Origin: Octopus sinensis
Taxonomy: Eukaryota
NCBI RefSeq assembly: GCF_006345805.1
Contig: NC_043007.1
Coordinates: 6,820,001 to 6,884,000, forward strand
Direction of reading: 5' to 3'
DNA: 64,000 nucleotides
The notes under the pieces are model-generated. The model was not told the DNA's origin. It did not search any database and worked only from the letters and a program-made list of their open reading frames with translations. Positions 14,063 through 27,519 of the stretch are shown in pieces (positions within the stretch are counted from its first letter, which is position 1; each line of letters opens with the position of its first letter). The position numbers were made by a program, and so were the translations under genes.

Positions 14063-14569
14063 TATGGAACGTATATTTAATACAAAGTATGTTTCTTGAT
14101 TAGCCCAAGGACTGGTGATATTCTCCCTCGGGTTCAATTAGTCGTATACAAAACTTGAATATCTTTCCGCCTGTACTTCGTTACCCGCGTATGTATTCCT
14201 CTGCTTTAGTTGTGTAAGCATTTTAATTTTGGCTCAGGGGAAACTTGCCATTTCAGTGCCTGGTTCACTAGAACCCTAATCTTTTGTATATATATATAGG
14301 TTATTAGGGGTAATGGTGTCAAGAAGACCCAAAGGTGTCAGGTAATGCTGAGTAAGTACTATGGACAGACTATAGTTAAGCTCCTGGTCGGGTGATTATG
14401 CGAATGAGAAGTCCAAGGTAGGTCATATATTATTTCTCTCCCCGCCTTTCTCTTTTCTCTTCCTGTTTTTGATTTGACCTTACAAACATATTCCCAGCTT
14501 TTAAGTCACTTCAAAAGTCCCTCGATCCAATAGCACCGTGTACAAACTCTTTTCTTGGAATCACCAATT

Positions 14570-14843
14570 TTAAATACTATTGGAACTTACACACAAGGTA
14601 CAGGAAACTTATATGTATACCATTCTGCTTAAATAATGGAACTGCAGATACGTATCTCACGTGTTTCCATCCCTCCTCTTCACACTCTATTTCATATCTT
14701 CTCTAGAATAACTATTGCTTAACCATTTTCTCGCACCGTCTCCGATGAAGGGATATATAAAATATCCCGGAAACAGCTGTAAGACCATCTCTTTAGAAAT
14801 GTTCAGAAATATTTCACAGACTCGGATTTTTATCTCATTCTGT

Positions 14844-14850
<7 letters not shown>
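14570..14850 (+). mobile_element. Hammerhead-bearing repeat ending in (TA)n; second copy at 8990-9212 with an inverted 3' tail at 8905-8995
   Basis: Shared tggaacttacacacaagg...ctctagaataactattgcttaacc...gggatatat.aaata.cccggaaa. Confidence 0.75.
14738..14785 (+). ncRNA. Minimal type I hammerhead motif (U4C variant in this copy)
   Basis: GTCT-CCGATGA-A-GGGATAT-ATAAA-ATATCCC-G-GAAA-CAGCTGT-A-AGAC. 7-bp stem II, palindromic stem III ACAGCTGT, GUA triplet, 4-bp stem I. Confidence 0.7.
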
Positions 14851-14934
<84 letters not shown>

Positions 14935-16660
14935 GTTATTGAATATATATATATATGATATATATATATATATTATGAATGCACACATATAAGTATACAC
15001 ATCTCTGTTCGTTTGGGCCTTTCTCTTTGTGTGTTAGTTTGTGTGAGAGAGGAAAAATAGAGAAAGAGTGACACACACAGGCAGATAGTCAGACAGACAG
15101 ACAGGTAGAGAAGAGAAAGAAAGTTAGAGAGGATTTAATGTTAAGGAGAGACAGCACATTTACATTATTTATAGAAAAATTAAAAACGAATTTTCACACA
15201 TATTCAGACGTTAAGAACAAAGGAAAACGAACGATGTTGCACAGTCATATAAGATTAGACACAGTTATTGTTTGTTGATGAATAAACCAACGAAACACAG
15301 TTGCAACAACCTCACGCTCAGCGTTTGTTTGGTGCCAGAAGAACTGTTTAATAACCCAATAGAGTCACGCTAAATTTCATTTTGGCAACTTGAGAGCAGA
15401 GTAAGATTATTGATTAAAGAAATTAATATTTCAACAACGAAAATACAATAGTACTTAATTGACATACGAACCTATGGTTACATGCATGTGTGTGTGTGTG
15501 TGTGTGTGAGTCGTGCATGCGCGGATTGTAAAATTACTTATTATCACATCAAAGAAATGTGTGTGTGTGTGTGTGTGTGTGTATGTATATATGTACGTAT
15601 CTATGCACATGTATATGTATATAACTATGCGCATATATGTATATACATGCATGCAATTGTATATATATATATGTATGTGTGTATGCGTGTGTGTATGTGT
15701 CTGTCTGTCTGTATATGTGTAAGCCTAACCCTAATCTGTTGCATGGTCGGGCCGTGGTTGAATAATCTGGCAAACTTAGCAAAACTCTTAGTAAAGAGCA
15801 TAATCTATGGACACCCAATTTCACGAAAAAGCAGTCCCTGTCAAAGGGCGGAAGAAATTTTCTGGGTCAACAGCCATTCTAATCACGTGTGTCGTACTAT
15901 TTGACAACAGCTGCAACGGAGAGGTCAAATTCCGCGACATTAAAACATGCAGCCTCAATATTCAGTCCTCATGCCTTCGTTTGACACTGGATACCACATT
16001 GTGGGGGAGCAGAATCTTTTATAAGTGTCGTGAAAGCGTGTAGCATTGTCATCAAAATGTACAGATATCTCTTCAAATCCCACGACCTGGGAGGACGTTC
16101 ACAAATTTGCAAGTAGGCGTCTGAAGGCCCGCCTAATGTCGCTTCATTGATGGCACCATAACAGCATCCTTCAGCGAGGTTGCGAGCGACTGAGCAGCCC
16201 TCTCTAGCTGAAAGGTTTCTCTGCTTGAAGGGTTTCCTCTCAGCCAGAAAAATGGTCATAATATATACATATATACACATATATACATATATATACACAT
16301 ATATACATACATATACATATATACATATATATACATATACATATATACACATATATACATACATATATATATACATACATATATATATACATACATATAC
16401 ACATATATATACATATACATAAATATATACATATATATATACATATACATAAATATATACATATATATATACATTTACATATATATATATGTACACATAT
16501 ACGTATATATACATATATACATATATATACATATATACATATATATACATATATACACATATATACACATATATACACATATATATACATATATACATAC
16601 ATATATACATATATACATATATACACATATACACACATATACACATATACACACACACAA

Positions 16661-16693
<33 letters not shown>

Positions 16694-17344
16694 CGTCGGC
16701 ATGTACGTATGTATCGTTAGAATATCATATCTTGCTGAATGTCTTTAACTTCGAGTTCATATTTAATCACGAATATAATTGCTTTTTCTACCTCCAGGGC
16801 CTTTTAAAATATATAAAGAAGTAATAATATTCCGCATACCATTGAATGGTGTGCGTCCTTTTGCCACCCATCATTTCGGCAACGCGAAAAATCGATATGA
16901 ACATCATAATTGAAGAATTCAGAGTAGCAGAAAGTAGAATGCATCAGAGAAAAGTTTGGCAATATTTTCTTTTTTATCATTCCCTGTTCAGAATTCCCTG
17001 CAATGGAAGATACAATTAATATGAACACCTTGCCATGTTTATTATATATATAATTGAAACATATTGGTTTCTATGCCCTTCCACATAATCAAATCGTATA
17101 AATAGCTTACTAAATCGAACAAGTGATAATTCCTTGTTAAATTAGTAGAGGGATGCGGTCTCAAATTACAGATTGCTTTGAAATAAAACTTATTCCAGGT
17201 GAATTGTGTCAGTATGTGTGGCTGCGCGCGCATGTGTTTGTGTGCATGTGTGTCTGTGTGTATGTATGTATGTATGTATGTACGTGTCTGTTTGTCAATC
17301 TTACACTCACTGCTTTATTAAAACACATACAACACCTCAAAATG

Positions 17345-17380
<36 letters not shown>

Positions 17381-17598
17381 CCTCTTTATAATGTTGACAA
17401 ACGAAATAGAGATAAGATTGTGCATTGTCCGTTTGATTGGAAAATGTCTATAAGTGGCTGAAGATTGCTCGACATTTTAAAATTGATTTAATACTTACAA
17501 TGTTTAATAAAATGAAATAGCATGGAACAATTGTACCACTCTACTTCGGATATACTTGTTGCTTATTTTGATTATATATATATATATGTATATATACC

Positions 17599-17666
<68 letters not shown>

Positions 17667-17677
17667 TATATAGAAGG

Positions 17678-17728
17678 AGCTTCTACAGGACTAGAACTGT
17701 TTCATTCAAGAGAAATCTTCAGGAAGCT
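17678..17728 (-). ncRNA. Type I hammerhead ribozyme motif, mirror copy on the left arm
   Basis: Reverse complement of the 20098 motif, with a 4-nt stem II loop (TCTT). Confidence 0.7.
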
Positions 17729-17893
17729 AGTTAACAAGAATTGTATTGGCATTTATACATTTAGGCAGGTTTAAAGGGGTGTTGGGGGACTTTTTGGGGG
17801 TAGGCATAGCGCAAAAAATCATACTTGGGGGAGTGGTCAAGGAGTCAGTGTTAAATTAGATAGGAGAATAAAAAAAAATAAAAAATAAAAAAT

Positions 17894-17943
<50 letters not shown>

Positions 17944-18905
17944 AAATAAAAAAATATATTAAAAAATATATAAAAAAAATAAAATAAAAATAAAAAATTT
18001 AATATATATATATATATATTATATATATAAAAGGGGGAATAGAGTTTTAGGTAAATAAGGAGATTCTCACTTATACCTCTACACATACGCACATATATAC
18101 ACTCACACATACATATACATATCTACACATACACATATATATGTATACATACACACACTCACTTGCATACACGTATACACACATGATATATACACACACG
18201 ACCACACATACATATACAACAGAAAAAAATATATATATATATACACGTACACACACATACTCACATACACGCATACACACACAAATCCATACCACACACA
18301 TGCACACACAGCACACTAGTCCCTATATACACATATATACACATACACACATATATACACCCACACATACACATACATACATATATATACATACATACAC
18401 ATACACATACATATATATATACATACACATATTATATATATATATATACACATATATATACATATGTGTACCCATGCATACCTACACACAATATATATAT
18501 ATATAGACCATATACAAATACAGACCCATTCCCTAATTTTAATTTTATTATCTCGTTTATTTACTTTGTTATCTTTGGCCGCTTGGTCACAAAATCTTGG
18601 CTATGACAGCCAGACCATTTATCCGTCTACTGGAAAACAATTACTCATTACTCACGCACACTATTAGCACGTACACTCACTCATTCGTACACTCATACGC
18701 ATACACGCACGCACGCGTTATATCATACATACGTACATCTACATACATTCACGTATACACAATACGTACGCGTACCTACAGATTCATGTCTACACTCTTA
18801 GAAGGCTAGTCTATACATATACACAATGAATATAAATACACACACATACATGTACACCTACATACAAATACATACATGTACATATATATATATATATATA
18901 TATAG

Positions 18906-18937
<32 letters not shown>

Positions 18938-19097
18938 TATATACGCGTACCTACAGATTCATGTCTACACTCTTAGAAGGCTAGTCTATACATATACACC
19001 AATAAATATAAATACACACACATACATGTACACCTACATACAAATACATACATGTACTTATATACATACATACACATATACATATATATATATATAT

Positions 19098-19155
<58 letters not shown>

Positions 19156-20097
19156 ATATATTGTTTTCCAGTAGACGGATAACTGGTCTGGCTGTCATAG
19201 CCAAGATGTTTGTGACCAAGCGGCAAAGATAACAAAAGTAATAAACGAAGATAATAAAATTAAAATTAGGGAATGGGTCTGTATTTGTATATGTATAATA
19301 TATATATGTGTGTATGTGTAGGTATGCATGGGTACACATATGTATAATATGTGTATATATATATATATATATGTGTATGTATATATATATGTATGTGTAT
19401 GTGTATGTATGTATATATATGTATGTATGTGTATGTGTGGGTTTGTATATATGTGTGTATGTGTATATATGTGTATATAGGGACTAGTGTGCTGTGTGTG
19501 CATGTGTGTGTATGGATTTGTGTGTGTATGCGTGTATGTGAGTATGTGTGTGTTAGTGTATATATATATATATATTTTCTGTGTGTATATGTATGTGTGG
19601 TCGTTGTGTGTATATATACATGTGTGTATACGTGTATGCAAGTGAGTGTGTGTATGTATACATATATATGTGTATGTGTAGATATGTATATGTATGTGTG
19701 AGGGTATATATGTGGTATGTGTAGAGGTATAAGTGAGAATCTCCTTATTTACCTAAAACTCTATTCCCCCCTTTATATATATATATATTATATATTAATA
19801 TATATATATATATATATATTTATTTTTTTATTTTTATTTTTTATTTTTTATATTTTTTATATATTTTTTTTTTATTTTTTATTTTTTATTTTTTATTTTT
19901 GATTTTTTTTATTTTTTATTTTTTATTTTTTATTTTTTATTTTTTATTTTTTTTTATTCTCTATCTAATTTAACACGACTCCTTGACCACTCCCCCAAGT
20001 ATGATTTTTTGCGCTATGCCTACCCCCAAAAAGTACCCCACCAACACCCCTTTAAACCTGCCTAAATGTATAAATGCCAATACAATTCTTGTTAACT

Positions 20098-20147
20098 AGC
20101 TTCCTGAAGATTTCTCTGAATGAAACAGTTCTAGTCCTGTAGAAGCT
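20098..20147 (+). ncRNA. Type I hammerhead ribozyme motif at the outer end of the right arm of the 2.5-kb inverted repeat
   Basis: AGCTTC-CTGAAGA-TTTC-TCT-GAAT-GAAA-CAG-TTCTAGTC-CTGT-A-GAAGCT. 6-bp stem I, 4-bp stem III, GUA triplet (A17 = 20141). Stem II is weak, with a U-U at its base. Confidence 0.7.
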
Positions 20148-20374
20148 CCTTCTATATAATAAATTAATTTTTACTCTGCTATGTATTGAGTACCTATTTA
20201 CTGTGGTTAACCCCGAATCAACCCGGGACCTACATATATATATATATATATATATGTATGTATATATATAAATGTATGTATATAAATACCTATATATATA
20301 TATTATTATATATTAATGTATGTATGTATATATATATATACAATACATATAACATACATACATATATTATATAT

Positions 20375-20421
<47 letters not shown>

Positions 20422-20674
20422 TATACACATATACACTCATCTATATATACAATCGTGTAGAGTTGACTGCTTATGGCATACAACTATTCGAAATGTTACT
20501 GCTGGATGGGGCAGGGGTATCTCATCTTAAGCTTCATGTAAATTTAGTCCTAGTTCATAAAACTGGGAACGAGAACGTGATTAAAATATATATTTTTGGG
20601 GAGAGAATGATGCGATGTGGGGCTGAAAAAGAACCGCACTCTAAAGATTTAGAGCTCTAATAGATAAGTTTTAA

Positions 20675-21310
20675 GGAAGTTAAAAGTGATGACCGGTTAA
20701 GGAGAGACCATTGGTTTGGCACTTACAGAGCCCTACGCCTTGGAGAGGAAGTAATCAGTGTCAAATGGCTGAAGGTGCATAACCTCTCTAGAAACTGGAG
20801 GAAGAAACATCTAACTGTCAGCTGGTTTCGTAAACAATATTAACTCCCTGCGCTACGAGACGGGGTCATCCCTCTAACATCAGCTTTGCTCGTGCTGATA
20901 TTTGAAGGATCAGTGATGGGACTATTTAAACGAATGGCGTGTACCAAGTCTGGAGTGGGAAACGTTTTAGATGCGGGCATTGGCAAAATACTTCTTTCCT
21001 GGGTTCGAGCAAGTATTTTAGGATTCTTCACCTCTAAGACATGCGATTATAATCCCGCCGCAGCTCCTTCAGATATTACCTTGGTCGGAGCCGATGTAAA
21101 GGGTAGCACGAACAATTAGTTTTTGTTTACAGAACCGACTGACCTTTACGTTTTTCTTTCTCTATTTGCAGAGATATTATACGCCTTCAACCATTTCAGT
21201 TCGACGAGTCGCCTATACTGCTAAGCCCTTTATACGTGCGAAATCAACGGTCATAATTTTAACTTCAGAGGCCAAAACTTTTAACTTCAATGGGCATAAA
21301 TTTTAACTTC

Positions 21311-21311
<1 letters not shown>
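20675..21311. mobile_element. MITE-like element with long imperfect TIRs starting ggaagttaaaa; partial copy at about 3556-3800
   Basis: 5' aaatggctgaaggtgcataa...gtcagctggtttcgtaaaca mirrors the 3' arm. There are three tandem ttttaacttc subrepeats at the right end and TA-rich flanks. Confidence 0.7.
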
Positions 21312-21355
<44 letters not shown>

Positions 21356-21604
21356 ATATATATATATATATATAATATATATATGTATATATGTATATAT
21401 ATACGGTTTTATTGCCTGTTTCTTTATATGAAAAGTTATATTGGAACATATCTTGCAGTGTTTTCATAGGGTCATTTTGACAATAAGAAATACTCAATGA
21501 TTATTTGCCATCTATTGCTATTAGTTAATTAATTCAGAAATCAACTAACACACTAACTGATTGATTGTTTAATCTAGCAATGCATTAATTTCATGTTTCC
21601 TCAC

Positions 21605-21717
21605 AGTCCGTTCGTCACCATTCGCAGCTCGTTTAGAGAAAACCCCACGACGCACCAAGTTTGCATCAGCGATGCTTTGTCTTCAGATCTTGAATATGGT
21701 GATAAAAGAACACTGTA
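21605..21717 (-). CDS. Candidate exon (YSVLLSPYSRSEDKASLMQTWCVVGFSLNELRMVTNG), possibly downstream exon of the same gene
   Basis: Minus strand cattttgtttatcag|TACAGTG..., a GC-elevated unique island with only the phase-0 frame open. The donor is weak (ct|gtgagg); alternatively the frame ends at the TGA immediately after. Confidence 0.3.
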
Positions 21718-22193
21718 CTGATAAACAAAATGATTGTTCGAGATATTAAATGAGCCATTAATTTGTTAATCAGTTTGCTAGTTCACTAATGATAATGTAA
21801 TGTGACGGAGAACCAGTGAATGCGCTTCATATTCTCAAAACCACCGGCTCGATATATGTTTGTGCATGTGTGTGTGTGTGTGTGTGTTTGTGTATACAGG
21901 GAGAGAGTGACAGACAGGAAGACAGAAAGAAAGAAAAAAGAAAGAGAAATTAATGTCATAGGTGGAGGAAGAGAAGAAGTGGATTTTTCTTAAGACTATT
22001 GATATTTGTATGGGTGTGTGTCAGTATAATTTTATAAGGCAGAGACATCATAGAATGTGAAGTTGCCTGCTCTATGCTTGAATAGGCAATGTTTAAATTT
22101 CTCTGGTTTTCCCTTTGTGTTGCCGCTCGGGTAACCAAAACCATCAAAACAAGTAACGTGCAACGATAAGCACGAAACTTATTTGAAAATGTT

Positions 22194-22708
22194 TTAAGAT
22201 CCTTGCTACTTGTCTCACATTTAAGATCCTTGCGACATGTCTCCCATTTAAGATCCTTGCTACATGTCTCCCATTTAAGACCCTCGCTACTTGTCTCACA
22301 TTTAAGACCATTGCTACATGTCTCCCATTTAAGACCCTTGCTACATGTCTCCCATTTAAGATCCTCGCTACTTGTCTCACATTTAAGATCCTTGCGACAT
22401 GTCTCCCATTTAAGATCCCTACTACATGTCTCCCATTTAAGATCCTTGCTACATGTCTCCCATTTAAGATCCTTGCGACATGTCTCCCATTTAAGATCCC
22501 TACTACATGTCTCCCATTTAAGATCCTTGCTACATGTCTCACATTTAAGATCCTTGCGACATGTCTCCCATTTAAGATCCTCGCTACTTGTCTCACATTT
22601 AAGACCCTTGCTACATGTCTCCCATTTATGATCCTCGTTACTTGTCTCCCATTTAAGATCCCTGCTACATGTCTCCCATTTAAGATCCTTGCTACATGTC
22701 TCCCATTT
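22194..22708. repeat. 27-bp minisatellite, about 19 units (consensus ttaagatccttgctacatgtctcccat)
   Basis: Read directly; the units differ by substitutions only. Confidence 0.95.
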
Positions 22709-23984
22709 CGGGTAAACGTTACAATCGCAGCATTATCTTCTTTGTTTCGAAATTTCTCAGAAAAGACCAGAAACAGACGAAGTGAAAGGCATTTTGCCAG
22801 AACTCAAGAATCGTTGCTCAAACATCTTTAATTCGCACCGATGAGAAGAGCAATAAGTAAGTCTTGGCAACAGATATGTTAAAACGGTTCCTGATTTGAA
22901 TAATAATCAAACGTATATTGTGAATGAATCTTATTCACAAATAATTGTTATATTGTTTTATGTTGTATGTTAGATATTTTTAGTCAGACTTTACGTTTTT
23001 CTTTGTATTTTAATATCGATTTCTTTCTTTTTTAAGTTTTGCGTTCATTACCTTACAGTTTTTAACAATTACTTTCAAACCACTTTACACGAAAACTACC
23101 TTATAGAAACAGCTGCCAGTTTTGTCTGTCTGAGATGATGGATTATAATTTTAAGTGTTTACTCGTGTACCTGTGTGTGTATGAGAGAGAGTGTGTGTCC
23201 GTGTGAGTGTGTGTATGTGTGTGTTTGTGTGTGTGTGTGTGAGTAAGAGAGAGAGAGAAAATGTATGTTTTTCAGTAATCATTTTGCTGTGAAACTAGAG
23301 TATTACTGAATGAAAGTAAAAAGTATATATATATATTTAATCGAAATAAGCAACAAGGATATCCAGAGGTTATGCAGTACGATCGTTTCATGCAACTCCA
23401 TTTAATTGAACAATACAATCATTACATCAATTTAAAATGTAGAACAATCTTCAGCTGCACAAAGACATAGAATTTAATTTAATTAGAACAGATGAACACA
23501 TTAGTACAATTTCACCTAAATTCTCCAAGAAGTTAAGGAGATAGACAAAGAACATGCAGGCTTCACTCCAGCATAGAAGTTACTAAAATTATCAAGAAGA
23601 CTCTGCCTGCCACTGATTTTTTGTCTTTACGGGGTCAGTTTTAATTTTTAGACTAGTTTATCCCTTGTATATCTAAGGCTGAGAGAACAGGGGGCAGTAT
23701 CGGTTATGGGTAGGGGTGAGTGGAGTAGACAGACATTCTAGTTGGTATAGTCATAAAAAAACATATATACATACAGGTTATGGGAGGTAATGGTGTTCAA
23801 AAATAACCATGACGATTAGAATAAGATGTTTTTTAGATATATTCCTCGTATCAGTTATCGGTCTATAGCATCATTTATATATTATTTATACTTTATTAAT
23901 ATACATAACATCATAAAATTATTAATTTATTTTTACCACGGTTTACATTCAAAATTTACAAAAGTCAAATATTTATGGGAAGAT

Positions 23985-25173
23985 TCGTGTTCAAAATTAT
24001 TCATAACATTTTGCTCAATAACTTATTACAAATCCTTTATGAATAACCATATTTAAAGTTTTTGTATAACTACGAATTTAATCAGGATTTGTTTTTTTCA
24101 GTTTTTGCTCATTTTTTGTACGTAATCGTTTCTAGAACGTTCACATTGTTTGACCATCTCTTCAGAATGTGAAATTAGAAGTGACACCAAAGAATTGACA
24201 CTGCCATTGCAAAACCTTGATATTATTTTCGCCGAGCCAGCCAGTCGCTAATTTCGACTTACGCTTCACACCATTATCTTTTTGAACGCTCCAATTCTTG
24301 CGAAGCCCCAACTCGCCTCCTGATACTGGAAGAATTTCCTCTAATATTTTGACGACATCCTCTGTTTTCAACCGGTATTTAATGACAAGTAATCTTCCTG
24401 AGCCAGCGACTGAAATCACCCCCAAAATATTAAATCTTCACTGTCATGCTTCACAGTAGTAATAGTGTTTGGGACTTGAAAAACCTACCCAGAATTCTAT
24501 TAAACTGTAACCAAAACGTTCGATTCGGGTCTCGTCGAGTACTAGACTTTCAACCAAACTGAAAAGGTTTCTTTAACGTGTTTTTTCGCATGGTTTAGCC
24601 GCGGTGACCCCTGAACAGGAAAGTGAGTTGTGTCCTTGCGTGGCACCCGCAGGATCCAAATGTCTATAATGCTACCTTTAGGATTGAGGATGAAACATTT
24701 ACACCCAGCTACCCAAACTGCACCCTCATCTCTTTTGCAGTTGTCTCTCCACCTTTTGCACGAGTTCGTCTGACAACATTCGTTTTCTTCTGCTCCTTCT
24801 TGGATTTTGAATTTTGTAGATTCGATATTTCTGAATCCTTGATTGAATAGTTGGTATTTTGACAGCAATTCGTTTAGAAAAATTCCTGTAACCGTCACCC
24901 GACATGTGAGTTTCAACATAGTTTCCTTGAGTCAGCGTTGATCTCTTTTTATTTTGGTATTTTTTTTATATAGTAATTAAAAACACAAGAAAGAAATATC
25001 GATAGTATTGGTCCATGTACAAATCACGTCTACACTAAAATTAAGGTTTTACTAACAATTATTAATGATTATATATATATTATATGTTTTACTTTTAATA
25101 GGTTATTTATCGATTTAATTTAATTTCTAAAGAAAATGTTATTAAACAAAGTGTTATGAATAATTCTGCACAT
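23985..25173 (-). mobile_element. Tc1-family transposon remnant
   Basis: Minus-strand fragments PRLNHAKKHVKETFSVWLKV, DETRIERFG, VKHDSEDLIFWGVIS and QKDNGVKRKSK...WLGENNIKVLQW match Tc1 motifs. Imperfect TIRs: gtgttcaaaattattcataaca at about 23987 versus tgttatgaataattctgcaca at about 25152-25172. Confidence 0.8.
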
Positions 25174-25506
25174 GCGTCATCCTTTAATTATTTGAATTTT
25201 GTTAATTCCGATTGTTATCCGTGGTAAAAATTAATAATTAAATGTAACTGCATATTAATAAATTATTAATGTTATACAAACGATATCGCAAACCGATTAA
25301 TGATAAGAAGACTATTTTAAAAAGTCAAATCTATTCTAAACGTTATGAATACTTATGAACAACACTGTATATACATATATACATATATATATTTGTGTAT
25401 GTGTGTGTGTGTGTGTGTGTATGTTTGTATGTATGTTTGTATGTATGTATGTATGTATGCAGAGAATGAAAGACAAAATGTATAAATTATTTAATACATT
25501 ATATAT

Positions 25507-25720
25507 TCTTTTCTACTCTAGGCACAAGACCCGAAACTTTTAGGGCGGAGGCCAGTCGATTAGATCGACCTCAGTACGCAAGTGGTACTTAATTTATCGA
25601 TGCCGAAAGGATGAATGGCAAAGTCGAGCTCGGCGGAATTTGAACTCAGAACTTAAGGACAGACGAAATACTGCTAAGCCTTTCGTCTGGCGTGCTAACG
25701 TTTCTGCCTGATCGCTGCCT
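25507..25720 (-). mobile_element. SINE family A
   Basis: ggcaaagtcgagctcggcggaatttgaactcagaac motif. Confidence 0.85.
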
Positions 25721-25879
25721 TTATATATTTATATATTATACAAACACAGCAACACATATAGACATACATATAACCAGATTTACAGTGTTTGTGTATGAGG
25801 GGGTTGTGTGTGTGTATGTGTGTGTGTGTGTGTGTAATACGTATTTTATGCATGTGTTGATTTTCGACGTGTGCAAGCG

Positions 25880-26530
25880 AGTGTGAGCATCTTCCGTTGT
25901 CAGTTTTCTTCGAATATTTTCCCTCTCCAGTCAGATGCTCTGCTCCTATTCACTGCTTGACTCTCTTGTGAGCGTTACACCTACGTCTTCATAGATCGTA
26001 TGTAATGTCTTAAGTAGCCCGGATTTTGTGAAATCTTGGCCCAGATTAAGTAATGTGGTCTTCTAATATGTTGTTGGATTATTCACTCTCTTTTATTATC
26101 ATTTCGTTAATGGAAAATCATTGCATTAAAATACTTCACTAAATGTGTTTCTACCTTCGCCATATAGTAATTCTCCTTCATAGACATTATGCACCTCATT
26201 TCATAAATGCCCAGTGTTTCTCTCTCTTCTGGCTTTTATTTCTACATTTCCAGGACGTAAGCTGCGATTAGGAGAATGGGGCCGTTGAGGAATCTGATTT
26301 TCAGTTCCTCGATAGCTCTCAATATATTTTTAGTCATACAAATTCCGTATGAACAACCAGAGTTCGGCTTTTCACGCCTTCGGATTTGATACTATTCATA
26401 AAGTGTAGAAAATCTATTTCCTTGAAGTATTCTACTTCACAACCATTCCATTCTTGATGACAAAATTCTGCATTGATGCATAGCGACTCAATCGTTCGCA
26501 ACAATACTGCTTCGCCATCATTCATATGAA
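25880..26530 (-). mobile_element. Highly decayed LINE C-terminal remnant (clade uncertain)
   Basis: Stop-riddled minus-strand frame ending TRESSSE*EQSI / EHLTGEGKYSKKTDNGRCSHSL, loosely like the RL..H.L.IE.GRY...R.C end of LINE ORF2. Confidence 0.35.
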
Positions 26531-26714
26531 AGTGTAAAAGGCAGTTTTAAAAATTATGAATTTGAAGTGTAAGTGCCCTTGAAATTCTGAAATTCTTCTG
26601 CTTATTCGCTTATTGATCTCGCTTACTGATCCGACTCTAAAATACCAACACTATCTCAAGCGGATCTCTCCCACGAGTTTTGGTTTTATATGATGTCGAA
26701 ATTAATTCTACTTA

Positions 26715-26774
<60 letters not shown>

Positions 26775-26796
26775 GATTATGTAGATGTAATTATAA

Positions 26797-26979
26797 TAAG
26801 GGGCGCTGAAAGAACAGCACCAATATGCTAGAAATCTGTATTGATTAAATACGCACGTGGTTGAGATGAATAATAGGATTTTGCTTCGTAAATACGTGTA
26901 AATATATGTATATATATATGGTTCATTTACACGCGTATTTGTATGGATATATATATATATCTATATATATATATGTATG

Positions 26980-27014
<35 letters not shown>

Positions 27015-27269
27015 GTGTATGTGGGTGTGTGTATGGGGGTGTTGTGTGGTTCATTTATGTACGTTCGGTATACTCTATAATGAAGGTAGAGCATTTATTA
27101 CTAAACCAAATATCCGAAAATTTAATGTTAACCATAACTATCTTACGAAATCTTTTTTCTCCGTTTTCCTCGCATTCAGCCTTGTGTTAATGTTGTGCCA
27201 ATTCAGAGTGGCTTAGAATCATTTGACATCTATTTCTAACATGTAGATGTTGTTTCTTCAGCGCCCTTA
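26797..27269. mobile_element. Element with diverged terminal inverted repeats (taagg(g)gcgctgaa...)
   Basis: aggggcgctgaaagaacagcaccaatatgctagaaat versus rc aagggcgctgaagaaacaacatctacatgttagaaat. Confidence 0.55.
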
Positions 27270-27519
27270 ATTATATATTTTTAGATTGATTTTGCCGGTA
27301 TAGTTTTCATTAATTTCTAATGTTTTAACCTTAATTATGTATATAAATAAATGTGTGTATACATACATACGTATACATACATACATACATACATACATAT
27401 ATCTTTATATGATTGAACTATATGTTTCTGTATTGATTTTGTATGTATGTCATTATTCAGTTTATTTCAAGATTTATTGCCAATAAAGGAAGAATCGGTT
27501 TCTAACCTAGATCCAAGGC

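Larger units (their letters stand above)
17661..20164. repeat. Large inverted repeat: arms 17661-18641 and 19160-20164, 518-bp spacer
   Basis: Unique segments (agaaggagcttctacagg..., gagttttaggtaaataagg..., cagacccattccctaatt...) recur as reverse complements, differing mostly by 1-2 nt indels. Confidence 0.9.

Noticed and set aside
14200-14570. GIY-YIG endonuclease remnant upstream of the 14738 hammerhead
   Set aside because: Expected if the element is a PLE 3' end, but none of the three frames gave a recognisable motif.
15800-16250. GC-elevated segment that might be an RLE-type LINE zinc-knuckle remnant (PHCGGAES...WHHNSIL)
   Set aside because: Motifs are spread over different frames and too degenerate to call by eye.
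22194-22708. CRISPR-like array
   Set aside because: Contiguous tandem units with no unique spacers, in a eukaryotic context with no cas genes.
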